From a phage, in the sequence record PZ296772.1: a stretch of DNA of 64,000 bases, one strand, 5' to 3'. The first letter of the stretch is position 1. Each line of letters starts with the position of its first letter. Below, piece after piece: positions 56,966-64,000 of this stretch. The notes under the pieces are model-generated. The model had not been told where the DNA came from. It worked only from the letters and a program-made list of their open reading frames with translations, and did no database searches. The position numbers and the translations under genes are program-made.

Positions 56966-57112
56966 ATGGTAGCATGGATTATTGCATTGTTGTGTTGGTC
57001 GTTTTTATTCGTTAATACTTTAGTTACAGGCGAAACAACAGTATTTCAACAGGCCGTATCACAAGGTACCTTAGCGGTCTTAGCTCTTTTTAACGTGTTA
57101 AAAGGCGAGTAA
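56966..57112 (+). CDS. small hydrophobic membrane peptide (Ac/Stp region; below ORF-track cutoff)
   Basis: 48 aa MVAWIIALLCWSFLFVNTLV... Confidence 0.35.
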   Translation: MVAWIIALLCWSFLFVNTLVTGETTVFQQAVSQGTLAVLALFNVLKGE

Positions 57113-57253
57113 TGATTAAGAAAATCTTAGCAGGAGCCTTCGGGCTCTTGTTGTTGCTTACTGTTCTGTACTACGGTGTGATGTTTGGACTAATCCAAGT
57201 AGTGCTTTTCATTTCAGATGTTATAATGGTTATTCGTTCATTAATATGGTGAA
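57113..57253 (+). CDS. small hydrophobic membrane peptide (below ORF-track cutoff)
   Basis: 46 aa MIKKILAGAFGLLLLLTVLYYGV... Confidence 0.35.
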
Positions 57254-57256
57254 AAT

Positions 57257-58582
57257 ATGCAATTGAATTCTCGTAATCTAAAAAGTATTATTGATAACGA
57301 AGCCTTAGCATATGCGATGTACACCGTTGAAAACCGTGCAATCCCAAACATGATTGATGGATTTAAGCCGGTTCAACGTTTTGTGGTTCATCGTGCGTTA
57401 GATTTGGCTCGTGGTAATAAAGAAAAATTTCATAAACTTGCGTCAATTGCAGGCGGTGTTGCTGATTTAGGTTATCATCATGGCGAATCTTCTGCACAAG
57501 ATGCAGGTGCATTGATGGCTAATACGTGGAATAACAACTATCCACTGTTAGACGGCCAAGGCAACTTTGGTTCTAGAACAGTCCAAAAAGCTGCAGCATC
57601 TCGTTATATTTTTGCTCGTGTAAGTAAAAATTTCTATAATGTCTATAAAGATACTGAATATGCTCCAGCACATGAAGATAAAGAACACGTTCCACCAAAA
57701 TTCTATCTTCCTATTATTCCGACAGTTCTTTTGAATGGCGTCTCTGGTATTGCAACCGGTTACGCAACAAATATTCTGCCTCATAGTTTTAAATCAGTCA
57801 AAAAGGCCGTATTACAAGCTCTTCAAGGTAAAAATGTCACTAAACCAAAAGTTGAATTCCCGGAATTCCGTGGTGAAGTGCATGAAGTTGATGGACGTTA
57901 TGAGATTCACGGAACATATAAGTTCACATCTCGCACTCAAATGCAGATAACTGAAATCCCATATAAATTCGACCGTGAAACGTATGTGAGTAAGGTTCTT
58001 GACCCGTTGGAAGACAAAGGTCTAATCTCATGGGAAGATGATTGCGGTGAACACGGCTTTGGGTTTAAGGTGAAGTTCCGTAAAGAGTACTCGCTTCCTG
58101 ATGATGAAGAGCTACGTCATGAAAAAATCATGAAAGATTTTAGTCTCATCGAACGTCGTTCACAAAACATCACAGTGATTAATGAAAAGGGTAAATTAGC
58201 GGTCTACGATAACGTAGTGGACTTAATCAAAGATTTTGTTGAAGTCCGTAAGACTTACGTTCAGAAACGTATTGATAACAAAATCCTTGAATCTGAAAAA
58301 GCATTTAAACTTGCTTTTGCTAAGGCACACTTCATCAAAAAAGTTATCAGTGGCGAAATTGTGATTCAGGGCAAGACTCGTAAAGCTTTGACTGAAGAGC
58401 TAGCACAAATCGAAATGTATAAAGAACATGTTGATAAACTGGTAGGTCTTAACATCTTCCATATCACTTCCGATGAAGCACGTAAACTAGCAGAAGAAGC
58501 TAAAGCTAAGAAAGAAGAAAATGAGTATTGGAAGTCTACTGATGTTGTGACAGAGTACACTAAAGACTTGGAGGCACTTTGA
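57257..58582 (+). CDS. 52: DNA topoisomerase II medium subunit gp52 (GyrA-like)
   Basis: 441 aa; MIDGFKPVQRFVVH...LASIAGG...HHGE cleavage-religation domain motifs. Confidence 0.9.
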   Translation: MQLNSRNLKSIIDNEALAYAMYTVENRAIPNMIDGFKPVQRFVVHRALDLARGNKEKFHKLASIAGGVADLGYHHGESSAQDAGALMANTWNNNYPLLDGQGNFGSRTVQKAAASRYIFARVSKNFYNVYKDTEYAPAHEDKEHVPPKFYLPIIPTVLLNGVSGIATGYATNILPHSFKSVKKAVLQALQGKNVTKPKVEFPEFRGEVHEVDGRYEIHGTYKFTSRTQMQITEIPYKFDRETYVSKVLDPLEDKGLISWEDDCGEHGFGFKVKFRKEYSLPDDEELRHEKIMKDFSLIERRSQNITVINEKGKLAVYDNVVDLIKDFVEVRKTYVQKRIDNKILESEKAFKLAFAKAHFIKKVISGEIVIQGKTRKALTEELAQIEMYKEHVDKLVGLNIFHITSDEARKLAEEAKAKKEENEYWKSTDVVTEYTKDLEAL

Positions 58583-58658
58583 GTGCCCTAGCCTTAGGAT
58601 TTCTCGGTGCAATAGCTGCACTAGTGATTTGGCTGTATTGGTTGGACAATCATGATTA

Positions 58659-58680
58659 GGGAGCTTCGGCTCCCTTTTGT
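58659..58680 (+). terminator. rho-independent terminator
   Basis: gggagc-ttcg-gctccc hairpin plus ttttgtg. Confidence 0.7.
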
Positions 58681-58699
58681 GCATTTTTCTCACAAAACA

Positions 58700-58746
58700 G
58701 TTTACATGTGCTTCAAACATGATATTATAGACCTATCAAAACAAAA
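58700..58746 (+). promoter_or_regulatory. early/middle hybrid promoter (duplicated cassette, copy 1)
   Basis: gtttaca, tgcttca MotA-box-like, tattat, agacctatcaaaacaaa leader. Confidence 0.55.
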
Positions 58747-58767
58747 CAACCAAATTGGAGAAATAAA

Positions 58768-58983
58768 ATGTCTAAAATGAAATTAACCCAAAACACAACT
58801 ACTCGTTTCGGTAAAGTCAAACCTGGTATGAATGCTCTCCGTAAAGCACTTGTTGAAGAATTAAATTTCTTAGAAGTTGAAATCAATTCTTTAGTGGTTC
58901 GCGGTTCAAATGGTCATCATTTAGAAAAGCTTCGTTCTAAAAAGGCAAAACTTATTAGCCTTATTAAAGAAATGAGTTTGTAA
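58768..58983 (+). CDS. hypothetical basic protein
   Basis: 71 aa starting MSK; ttggagaaataaaATG leader shared with motA. Confidence 0.5.
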   Translation: MSKMKLTQNTTTRFGKVKPGMNALRKALVEELNFLEVEINSLVVRGSNGHHLEKLRSKKAKLISLIKEMSL

Positions 58984-59020
58984 ATTTTACCAGGGCTTTT
59001 GAAAAAGAGCCCAAAATAAA

Positions 59021-59066
59021 GTTTACTTTTGCTTCAAACATGATATTATAGACCTATCAAAACAAA
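59021..59066 (+). promoter_or_regulatory. early/middle hybrid promoter for motA (duplicated cassette, copy 2)
   Basis: gtttac, tttgcttca, tattat, agacctatcaaaacaaa; preceded by gggct/agccc hairpin. Confidence 0.55.
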
Positions 59067-59086
59067 TACTAATTTGGAGAAATAAA

Positions 59087-59719
59087 ATGTCTAAAGTTAC
59101 TTACATCATCAAAGCTTCTGAAAACGCTCTGAATGAAAAAACTGCTGCAATAATGGTTTATATCATTAAGAACAACTTCACCACTGCTGCCAATGTCCGT
59201 GAAGCTCTGGAAGCAGAATACAACGCATCAGTTGTTAACTCTAACATTGGTGTATTGATTAAGAAAGGTTTAGTCGAAAAATCCGGTGACGGACTTGTAG
59301 CAACAGGCGAAGCAATGGATATTATCCAAAAAGCTGCAGACCTCTTTGCCCAAGAAAATGCTCCAGAACTTCTTCAGAAACGTAACACTAGAAAAGCACG
59401 TGGAGTTACTCCTGAAATGCATGAATTAGCAAACTTTGTTTTTGAAAATATTAAAGATAAAGTTGAAGTTAAAGAAATTGGTGAAAACCGTAGTAACTTA
59501 GAAGTTCGATTCGCTAAACGAGTTCTAGGCATTCGCCAAATTGAAATTCGACGAGATGGCGCTCTTAGAATCTTTGCATACAACATGTCAGAAACTGAAT
59601 CAAAGCTGTTTACTTCTCTTGAAAATGATGTTAAGATTAAGATCGGTGGTAAATATACTTACATTGACTTCCCTAATGTGTCCAAAGAAATCATTACCCT
59701 TGTAACTAACGTACTGTGA
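59087..59719 (+). CDS. motA: middle transcription activator MotA
   Basis: MSKVTYIIKAS...NSNIGVLIKKGLVEKSGDGL matches T4 MotA from memory; 210 aa. Confidence 0.9.
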   Translation: MSKVTYIIKASENALNEKTAAIMVYIIKNNFTTAANVREALEAEYNASVVNSNIGVLIKKGLVEKSGDGLVATGEAMDIIQKAADLFAQENAPELLQKRNTRKARGVTPEMHELANFVFENIKDKVEVKEIGENRSNLEVRFAKRVLGIRQIEIRRDGALRIFAYNMSETESKLFTSLENDVKIKIGGKYTYIDFPNVSKEIITLVTNVL

Positions 59720-59729
59720 GGAATACATA

Positions 59730-60059
59730 ATGAATAAGCTGAATATTATTAATGAACTTCGTAAATGTGCAGAACCTACTCAGGAAGGATGGGATATTTG
59801 GTACCATGGGGCTTATTTAGGGACAATTGTAAAGATTAAAGCAGGCCAATATACGGTTATTCGTGAAAATAATGACGCGCCATTTGGCCTTCGTAAAAAC
59901 TACATGGCAGCGATCAGTTCATTTGTTGATGCGGCTTACGAAATCTATAAAGAAGATTATAAAGAATATCAGCAGTCACAACCGGTTATTCGTTCGATTG
60001 GTGTAAATAAACAAGCACAAAAATCTATTTGGCAACGTATTAAGGAATGGTTTAAATGA
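59730..60059 (+). CDS. hypothetical protein
   Basis: 109-aa ORF. Confidence 0.5.
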   Translation: MNKLNIINELRKCAEPTQEGWDIWYHGAYLGTIVKIKAGQYTVIRENNDAPFGLRKNYMAAISSFVDAAYEIYKEDYKEYQQSQPVIRSIGVNKQAQKSIWQRIKEWFK

Positions 60060-60517
60060 AATCATTTAAAGAACGTTTAGAGCTATTAGATTTGGCCTTG
60101 TCTCGTGAGACTCCTGAAAGTCTAGCAGAAAAATTCCAGTCCTACGGTTATAATTATTCTGCTGATGATATAATGAATGAAGTTCCTGAAATCTGTTGGC
60201 AAACGTGCTATTGGAACAATGACCAAAAAGTTCAACGTGTTATAGTATGTGCAGCTAATAGGTTTAAATTGAAGAGCGGTGGAACTCTGGTTATTCCTGG
60301 AGTTCGTCATTACTCTAAAGATATGGCTGAAGTACTTGATATAGTTGGTCCTCAATTAGTCTCGCAACAAGTTTGTGGTGACGACCAAGGTTTTATTGAC
60401 CAATACTCTAATTACTGGACGCGTGAAGAAGCAATGATTATTGCAACGTATGCTGGACAGGTACGTATTGAACGTGGCGGAAGTGAGAAAGAACTTTATT
60501 CAGAGGACCTTTATTAA
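60056..60517 (+). CDS. hypothetical protein
   Basis: 153-aa ORF coupled. Confidence 0.5.
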   Translation: MKSFKERLELLDLALSRETPESLAEKFQSYGYNYSADDIMNEVPEICWQTCYWNNDQKVQRVIVCAANRFKLKSGGTLVIPGVRHYSKDMAEVLDIVGPQLVSQQVCGDDQGFIDQYSNYWTREEAMIIATYAGQVRIERGGSEKELYSEDLY

Positions 60518-60798
60518 TGAATATTAAACAACTCCAGAAAGATGCTATTGAATCACGTATCCAAGATATCAAACGTCTTAATCATATGATGGAAGAAAAC
60601 TATGGTATGTATGCTAATCAGCCTGGCTGGGATGCTTTAGATCATCCTTATTTGGTCAATCTATGTAAAGGTGATACATTAGCAATTATTCGTGAAGGGT
60701 TAAAACCTTTCTTGCGTGACATGTATATTAAAATGAACGAAGAAATTATTAGCTCGTTGCAATATCAGTTAAGGAAATTAGATGATGAGAATAATTGA
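60517..60798 (+). CDS. hypothetical protein
   Basis: 93-aa ORF coupled. Confidence 0.5.
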   Translation: MNIKQLQKDAIESRIQDIKRLNHMMEENYGMYANQPGWDALDHPYLVNLCKGDTLAIIREGLKPFLRDMYIKMNEEIISSLQYQLRKLDDENN

Positions 60799-61009
60799 TT
60801 CTAAAGCAGATTATTTTAATTCTGTTAATGATAAGAATAAAGCTTTAATTCGCCACTTTATTACTGAGATGGGTTATACTGACTCTAAAGATTTGAAAGA
60901 ACACATTATCGAATGTTCTGTGGCTAAAAAGTTTTCTTTTACCGATAAATGTTTAAATGAGGTTATAAATCATTATGAACAATCTTGTAGCAAAACACGA
61001 TTTCAATAA
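60782..61009 (+). CDS. hypothetical protein
   Basis: 75-aa ORF overlapping upstream gene end. Confidence 0.45.
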   Translation: MMRIIDSKADYFNSVNDKNKALIRHFITEMGYTDSKDLKEHIIECSVAKKFSFTDKCLNEVINHYEQSCSKTRFQ

Positions 61010-61083
61010 GGCTTCTGTCCATAAGGACAAGAAGAAATCAGAACTTCAATCTAAACGCAAACAAAAACATAAGGGTAAAGACT

Positions 61084-61383
61084 ATGCTTACTAAAATCAA
61101 AGAAAATCCTGCCACTGAACTTGTTATTCGTTGTGAAGAACTCGCAGAGCTTTATCAGGTTAACCGAGAAGTGTATCGTAGTGTTGTCGCAGATATGGCA
61201 GACGAAGTATGTTCTCATATTCCTTTTAGTGTGGATTTCAATCACATGAAGCCTGGTGAAATCACTATCGTCTTTGGTTCTGACTATACTGAAGAACGGG
61301 CTCTTAATGTCCTAGAATATGAAATGTCATTCTTCGACATACAGGACTATATTGATAGTTATAAGGAACGATATGAGCCATAA
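61084..61383 (+). CDS. hypothetical acidic protein
   Basis: 99-aa ORF. Confidence 0.5.
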   Translation: MLTKIKENPATELVIRCEELAELYQVNREVYRSVVADMADEVCSHIPFSVDFNHMKPGEITIVFGSDYTEERALNVLEYEMSFFDIQDYIDSYKERYEP

Positions 61384-61534
61384 TCTTCAGAACGTAGTAG
61401 AGGCAGAACGTGAGCGTGAGGCTTTAGTCTATAATGAACTATTAGTTCAGTTCTTGGCTTTACACTCGTACGAACAGGAAGACTATATCAATTACGTTAA
61501 AAGCGTAGAAAAAGCCGTTTACAATCAACACTGA
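61373..61534 (+). CDS. hypothetical small protein
   Basis: 53 aa from ATG 61373 with aagga RBS. Confidence 0.4.
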   Translation: MSHNLQNVVEAEREREALVYNELLVQFLALHSYEQEDYINYVKSVEKAVYNQH

Positions 61535-61580
61535 TAATGGTACTATACTCCTATCAATTAAGTGGAATGAATAAAACGTT

Positions 61581-61853
61581 ATGAATAAAGACATTGAAAT
61601 CGTACGTGAAATTATTACTATTGCTTCTATTTTGATTAAATTCTCTAGGGAAGATATTGTTGAAGACCGAGCAAATTTCATCGGATTCTTGAATGAGATT
61701 GGAATTAAAAAAGATGGTCGGCAGCTAAATCAGAATTCGTTCAGAAAACTAATTACAAATTTAACTGCCGAAGAAAAGAAAACACTGATTAGTGAATTCA
61801 ATGAAGGTTTTGAAAATATTTATCGCCATTTGACGATGTATTCTAACAACTAA
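61581..61853 (+). CDS. asiA: anti-sigma70 factor AsiA
   Basis: VREIITIASILIKFSREDIVEDRANFIGFLNEIG...NQNSFRKL matches T4 AsiA from memory; 90 aa. Confidence 0.92.
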   Translation: MNKDIEIVREIITIASILIKFSREDIVEDRANFIGFLNEIGIKKDGRQLNQNSFRKLITNLTAEEKKTLISEFNEGFENIYRHLTMYSNN

Positions 61854-62513
61854 TTATTTAGCCCGCCCTAATATCCTTGCTGCTTGGTTGCATATTGCAG
61901 CCAAGCGTTCTTCATTTAACACATCCGACCCCTTATACCAATACATAGAAACAGTTCCCGCATATATGTTATCCAAATTGAAGTAAGGACAACTATACAT
62001 ATACGCCAGTTCCGGAGTTTTTGATTTGGTAGGTAAGAAAGCAAAATCTGTTTTAGAAGTAAAGTGAAGTCCACTTAAATGGACCGAATATTCTGCTGTC
62101 GTTTTATCAACAGGAAATCCTCCCATAGATTTTTCAGTTACTGTGCTAGGTAACTTACCTTCATACGCAATAAGGTCGACGAAATAATTTAGATTTTTAG
62201 GTCTGAAAGAATACACCGAACTAAAATCCGCCCTTGATGTGACGTGGACTATTTGTAGTTGTTCTAAAGCCGCAGATTCAAATCGTGTATTTCTTTCTTT
62301 TTGAATTACTTCTGTGTAAGTATCATATTTCGACCTCACGTAATAATCCATAAAAATATTCCCTTTGTACCATATTAGTGCCATTAGGAACAAAAGAACT
62401 ACAACAGCAACTCTTGAAATAAGAATATTTCCAGAGGCGTTATCTTTGAAAATGCGGTCTAGCAACCCAAATAAAATATCACTAGGCGAAAATGATACTT
62501 TTGGTGCTGCCAT
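61854..62513 (-). CDS. t: holin T
   Basis: MAAPKVSFSPSDILFGLLDRIFKDNA...SCPYFNLDNIYAGT matches T4 holin from memory; SD ggaggt before ATG 62513. Confidence 0.9.
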   Translation of the reverse strand: MAAPKVSFSPSDILFGLLDRIFKDNASGNILISRVAVVVLLFLMALIWYKGNIFMDYYVRSKYDTYTEVIQKERNTRFESAALEQLQIVHVTSRADFSSVYSFRPKNLNYFVDLIAYEGKLPSTVTEKSMGGFPVDKTTAEYSVHLSGLHFTSKTDFAFLPTKSKTPELAYMYSCPYFNLDNIYAGTVSMYWYKGSDVLNEERLAAICNQAARILGRAK

Positions 62514-62531
62514 ATTACCTCCCATTTATCA

Positions 62532-62539
62532 ATATTTAT
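62532..62539 (-). promoter_or_regulatory. T4-type late promoter TATAAATA for t
   Basis: tataaata on - strand about 20 bp upstream of t start. Confidence 0.6.
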
Positions 62540-62558
62540 AATTGAGAGGTATTATCGT

Positions 62559-63338
62559 TTAAATCCAGGAGCCGTAGATTGTGCCTGTAGCACCCCATGA
62601 CGGTGAACTTCCGAATACTGCTCTGCCAGGAGCACCACCGCCAGATCTAGATAAGTGATTACCCCATCCATCTCCACCCCGAGCGCCAGCATCACCGCCA
62701 TTGCCTCCGCCGAACTGGGAAGTGTAACCAGCACCGCCCGGGGCGTCATAACTAGCATTACCACCCGGCCAATTAACGCCACCTCCGCCGATGCCAAATG
62801 GTCTACCACCACCGCCACCTGCTGTAGCATTTGGAGCCCAGCTATTCTGTAATGACACTGCACCGCCACCGCCACCGCCTGATGCAATAACGCCATAGTT
62901 CCAAATACGAAGTCTTCCGCCGATATCATTTTGGATTACATCGCCGCCATTTGTGCCTGGGTTTCCGTTTACAGTGCCGTTACCACCTCGTCCCCACATA
63001 TGAACTCCACCATGAATATTCAAAGTAACATATTCATTCGGTGTATCGCCATACATAAAGAATAATGGAACATCTTTACTATATGATACTAAATTTCCGG
63101 TGATATTAAACACTATAGGAGCGCCGCCAGCTTCAAAGCAACGGTCACGGAACCATTGCCCGTTAAAGTTATGGTCTGCACCAAGTGTATGAATTATTTC
63201 TCTTGAACGGCCCGCGAATTGGGACATCCATGAAGGGTTTCCTAAACGAAGTTCCCTTGAAGCAGCCGTCATCCATCTTTGTCCCGTTTCAGCAACGGCT
63301 GAAGTCCCAATCCAACCAGGGATTCCTACTACTGCCAT
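62559..63338 (-). CDS. 38: long tail fibre adhesin gp38 (T2-type, glycine-rich)
   Basis: 259 aa with several poly-Gly blocks ([35 protein letters not shown]) separating variable segments. Confidence 0.8.
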   Translation of the reverse strand: MAVVGIPGWIGTSAVAETGQRWMTAASRELRLGNPSWMSQFAGRSREIIHTLGADHNFNGQWFRDRCFEAGGAPIVFNITGNLVSYSKDVPLFFMYGDTPNEYVTLNIHGGVHMWGRGGNGTVNGNPGTNGGDVIQNDIGGRLRIWNYGVIASGGGGGGAVSLQNSWAPNATAGGGGGRPFGIGGGGVNWPGGNASYDAPGGAGYTSQFGGGNGGDAGARGGDGWGNHLSRSGGGAPGRAVFGSSPSWGATGTIYGSWI

Positions 63339-63349
63339 ATAAACCTCCA

Positions 63350-63363
63350 GGGCCCGAAGGCCC
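63350..63363 (+). promoter_or_regulatory. GC-rich palindromic hairpin between 37 and 38; with the following T-run a possible + strand terminator
   Basis: gggcc-cgaa-ggccc then ttttattatttt on + strand. Confidence 0.45.
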
Positions 63364-63368
63364 TTTTA

Positions 63369-64000
63369 TTATTTTATCAATGATTTAATTAATGCTTTCA
63401 ATTCGGTAATTTCAGATTTCAATTCCTTGATTTCATCTGTATGCTCGTTTATTGCAGCTGTATTTAAACCAATAATACCGTTATAGTTCAAACGAAGCAG
63501 TCCGGTCTCTTTATCTTCAGAAACAAGTTCAGGTAATACTTCTTGAACTTCCTGAGCAATTAAACCTGCGGACGGTTTAACTTCGTCTGTAACAGAGTTT
63601 TTAAGCAGATAAGTATAACCGCCCAATAGTTTAGATTTCTCTTGAGCGTTCTTAATAAGCTTAATTTCCGACTTACAACGAATATCAGAACGAATATAAA
63701 CGTCGTTAACATCAATGTTATCACGAACATACATACCTGCATTACAGTGGAAGTTAACATCACCGAATGTCTGAGCTAAACCAGGTCTAAAACTAAACAC
63801 ACCTTGGCCGTTTGCATATGCGTTGAAAATACCGTCTGCTTCCCAAAGCAAACCGGTATCGTTATCTCCAAGTACAATACACGGCCCGCCCCATGCAGGG
63901 TCACCACCACCAGCTGATACTCTACTGCTCTTAAGTAAGCTTGGAGCATAAAAAGTACCGTTATGGTGAAATTCATAGATAGCTTGTGGGTCAGAACCAT
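63369..64000 (-). CDS. 37: long tail fibre distal subunit gp37, C-terminal part with intramolecular chaperone (S74-like) domain; continues beyond window
   Basis: frame stays open to the window edge; DIRCKSEIKLI...GLIAQEVQEVLPELV...ELKSEITELK resembles tail-fibre auto-processing chaperone domains. Confidence 0.75.
   Translation of the reverse strand, partial: GSDPQAIYEFHHNGTFYAPSLLKSSRVSAGGGDPAWGGPCIVLGDNDTGLLWEADGIFNAYANGQGVFSFRPGLAQTFGDVNFHCNAGMYVRDNIDVNDVYIRSDIRCKSEIKLIKNAQEKSKLLGGYTYLLKNSVTDEVKPSAGLIAQEVQEVLPELVSEDKETGLLRLNYNGIIGLNTAAINEHTDEIKELKSEITELKALIKSLIK

Noticed and set aside
62552-62929. 125-aa - strand ORF overlapping gp38 in another frame, plus + strand ORF 62655-62852
   Set aside because: Artefacts of the GC-rich repetitive glycine codons in gene 38; Ala/Val-rich low-complexity translation
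1-64000. tRNA or other structured RNA genes
   Set aside because: No cloverleaf-capable 70-90 nt non-coding stretch noticed; intergenic gaps are short and occupied by promoters and terminators. The T4-type tRNA cluster lies outside this region

Overview
This window is a 64-kb stretch of a T4-like (Tevenvirinae) coliphage genome, read almost entirely on the + strand in the early/middle transcription direction. From memory, the DNA polymerase, gp55, UvsX, sliding clamp and rIIA/rIIB proteins look closest to phage RB69; this was not checked against any database. The conserved gene order is nrdC, 49, nrdD (split by a group I intron carrying an I-TevII-like homing endonuclease), nrdG, nrdH-like, 55, 47, 46, rpbA, 45, 44, 62, regA, 43, then an accessory island, uvsX, 40, 41, 61, 56, soc, two ADP-ribosyltransferases, dda, dexA, 39 (fused 39/60), a glycosyltransferase, rIIA, rIIB, ndd, 52, motA, asiA. 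The window ends with the late genes t, 38 and the 3' end of 37 on the - strand. No tRNA, rRNA or CRISPR array was seen. The main finding is a seven-gene island (23435-29985) sitting where T4 carries imm/42/beta-gt. It encodes a KdsD/GutQ-type arabinose-5-phosphate isomerase, a sugar kinase-nucleotidyltransferase fusion, a small HAD phosphatase, a Cys-rich 389-aa protein, a diverged dCMP hydroxymethylase, a 299-aa unknown protein and a P-loop nucleotide kinase. Together with a GT-B glycosyltransferase between gene 39 and rIIA (50220-51320), this looks like a complete pentose (arabinose-type) hypermodification system for hydroxymethylcytosine DNA, replacing the T4 glucosylation genes. Other points of interest are dense promoter-plus-stem-loop cassettes in the accessory regions, four near-identical promoters bounding gene modules, a tandem triplicated gene family, and three large coiled-coil early proteins at the window start. 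All coordinates and motif calls were made by eye from the sequence and ORF track.
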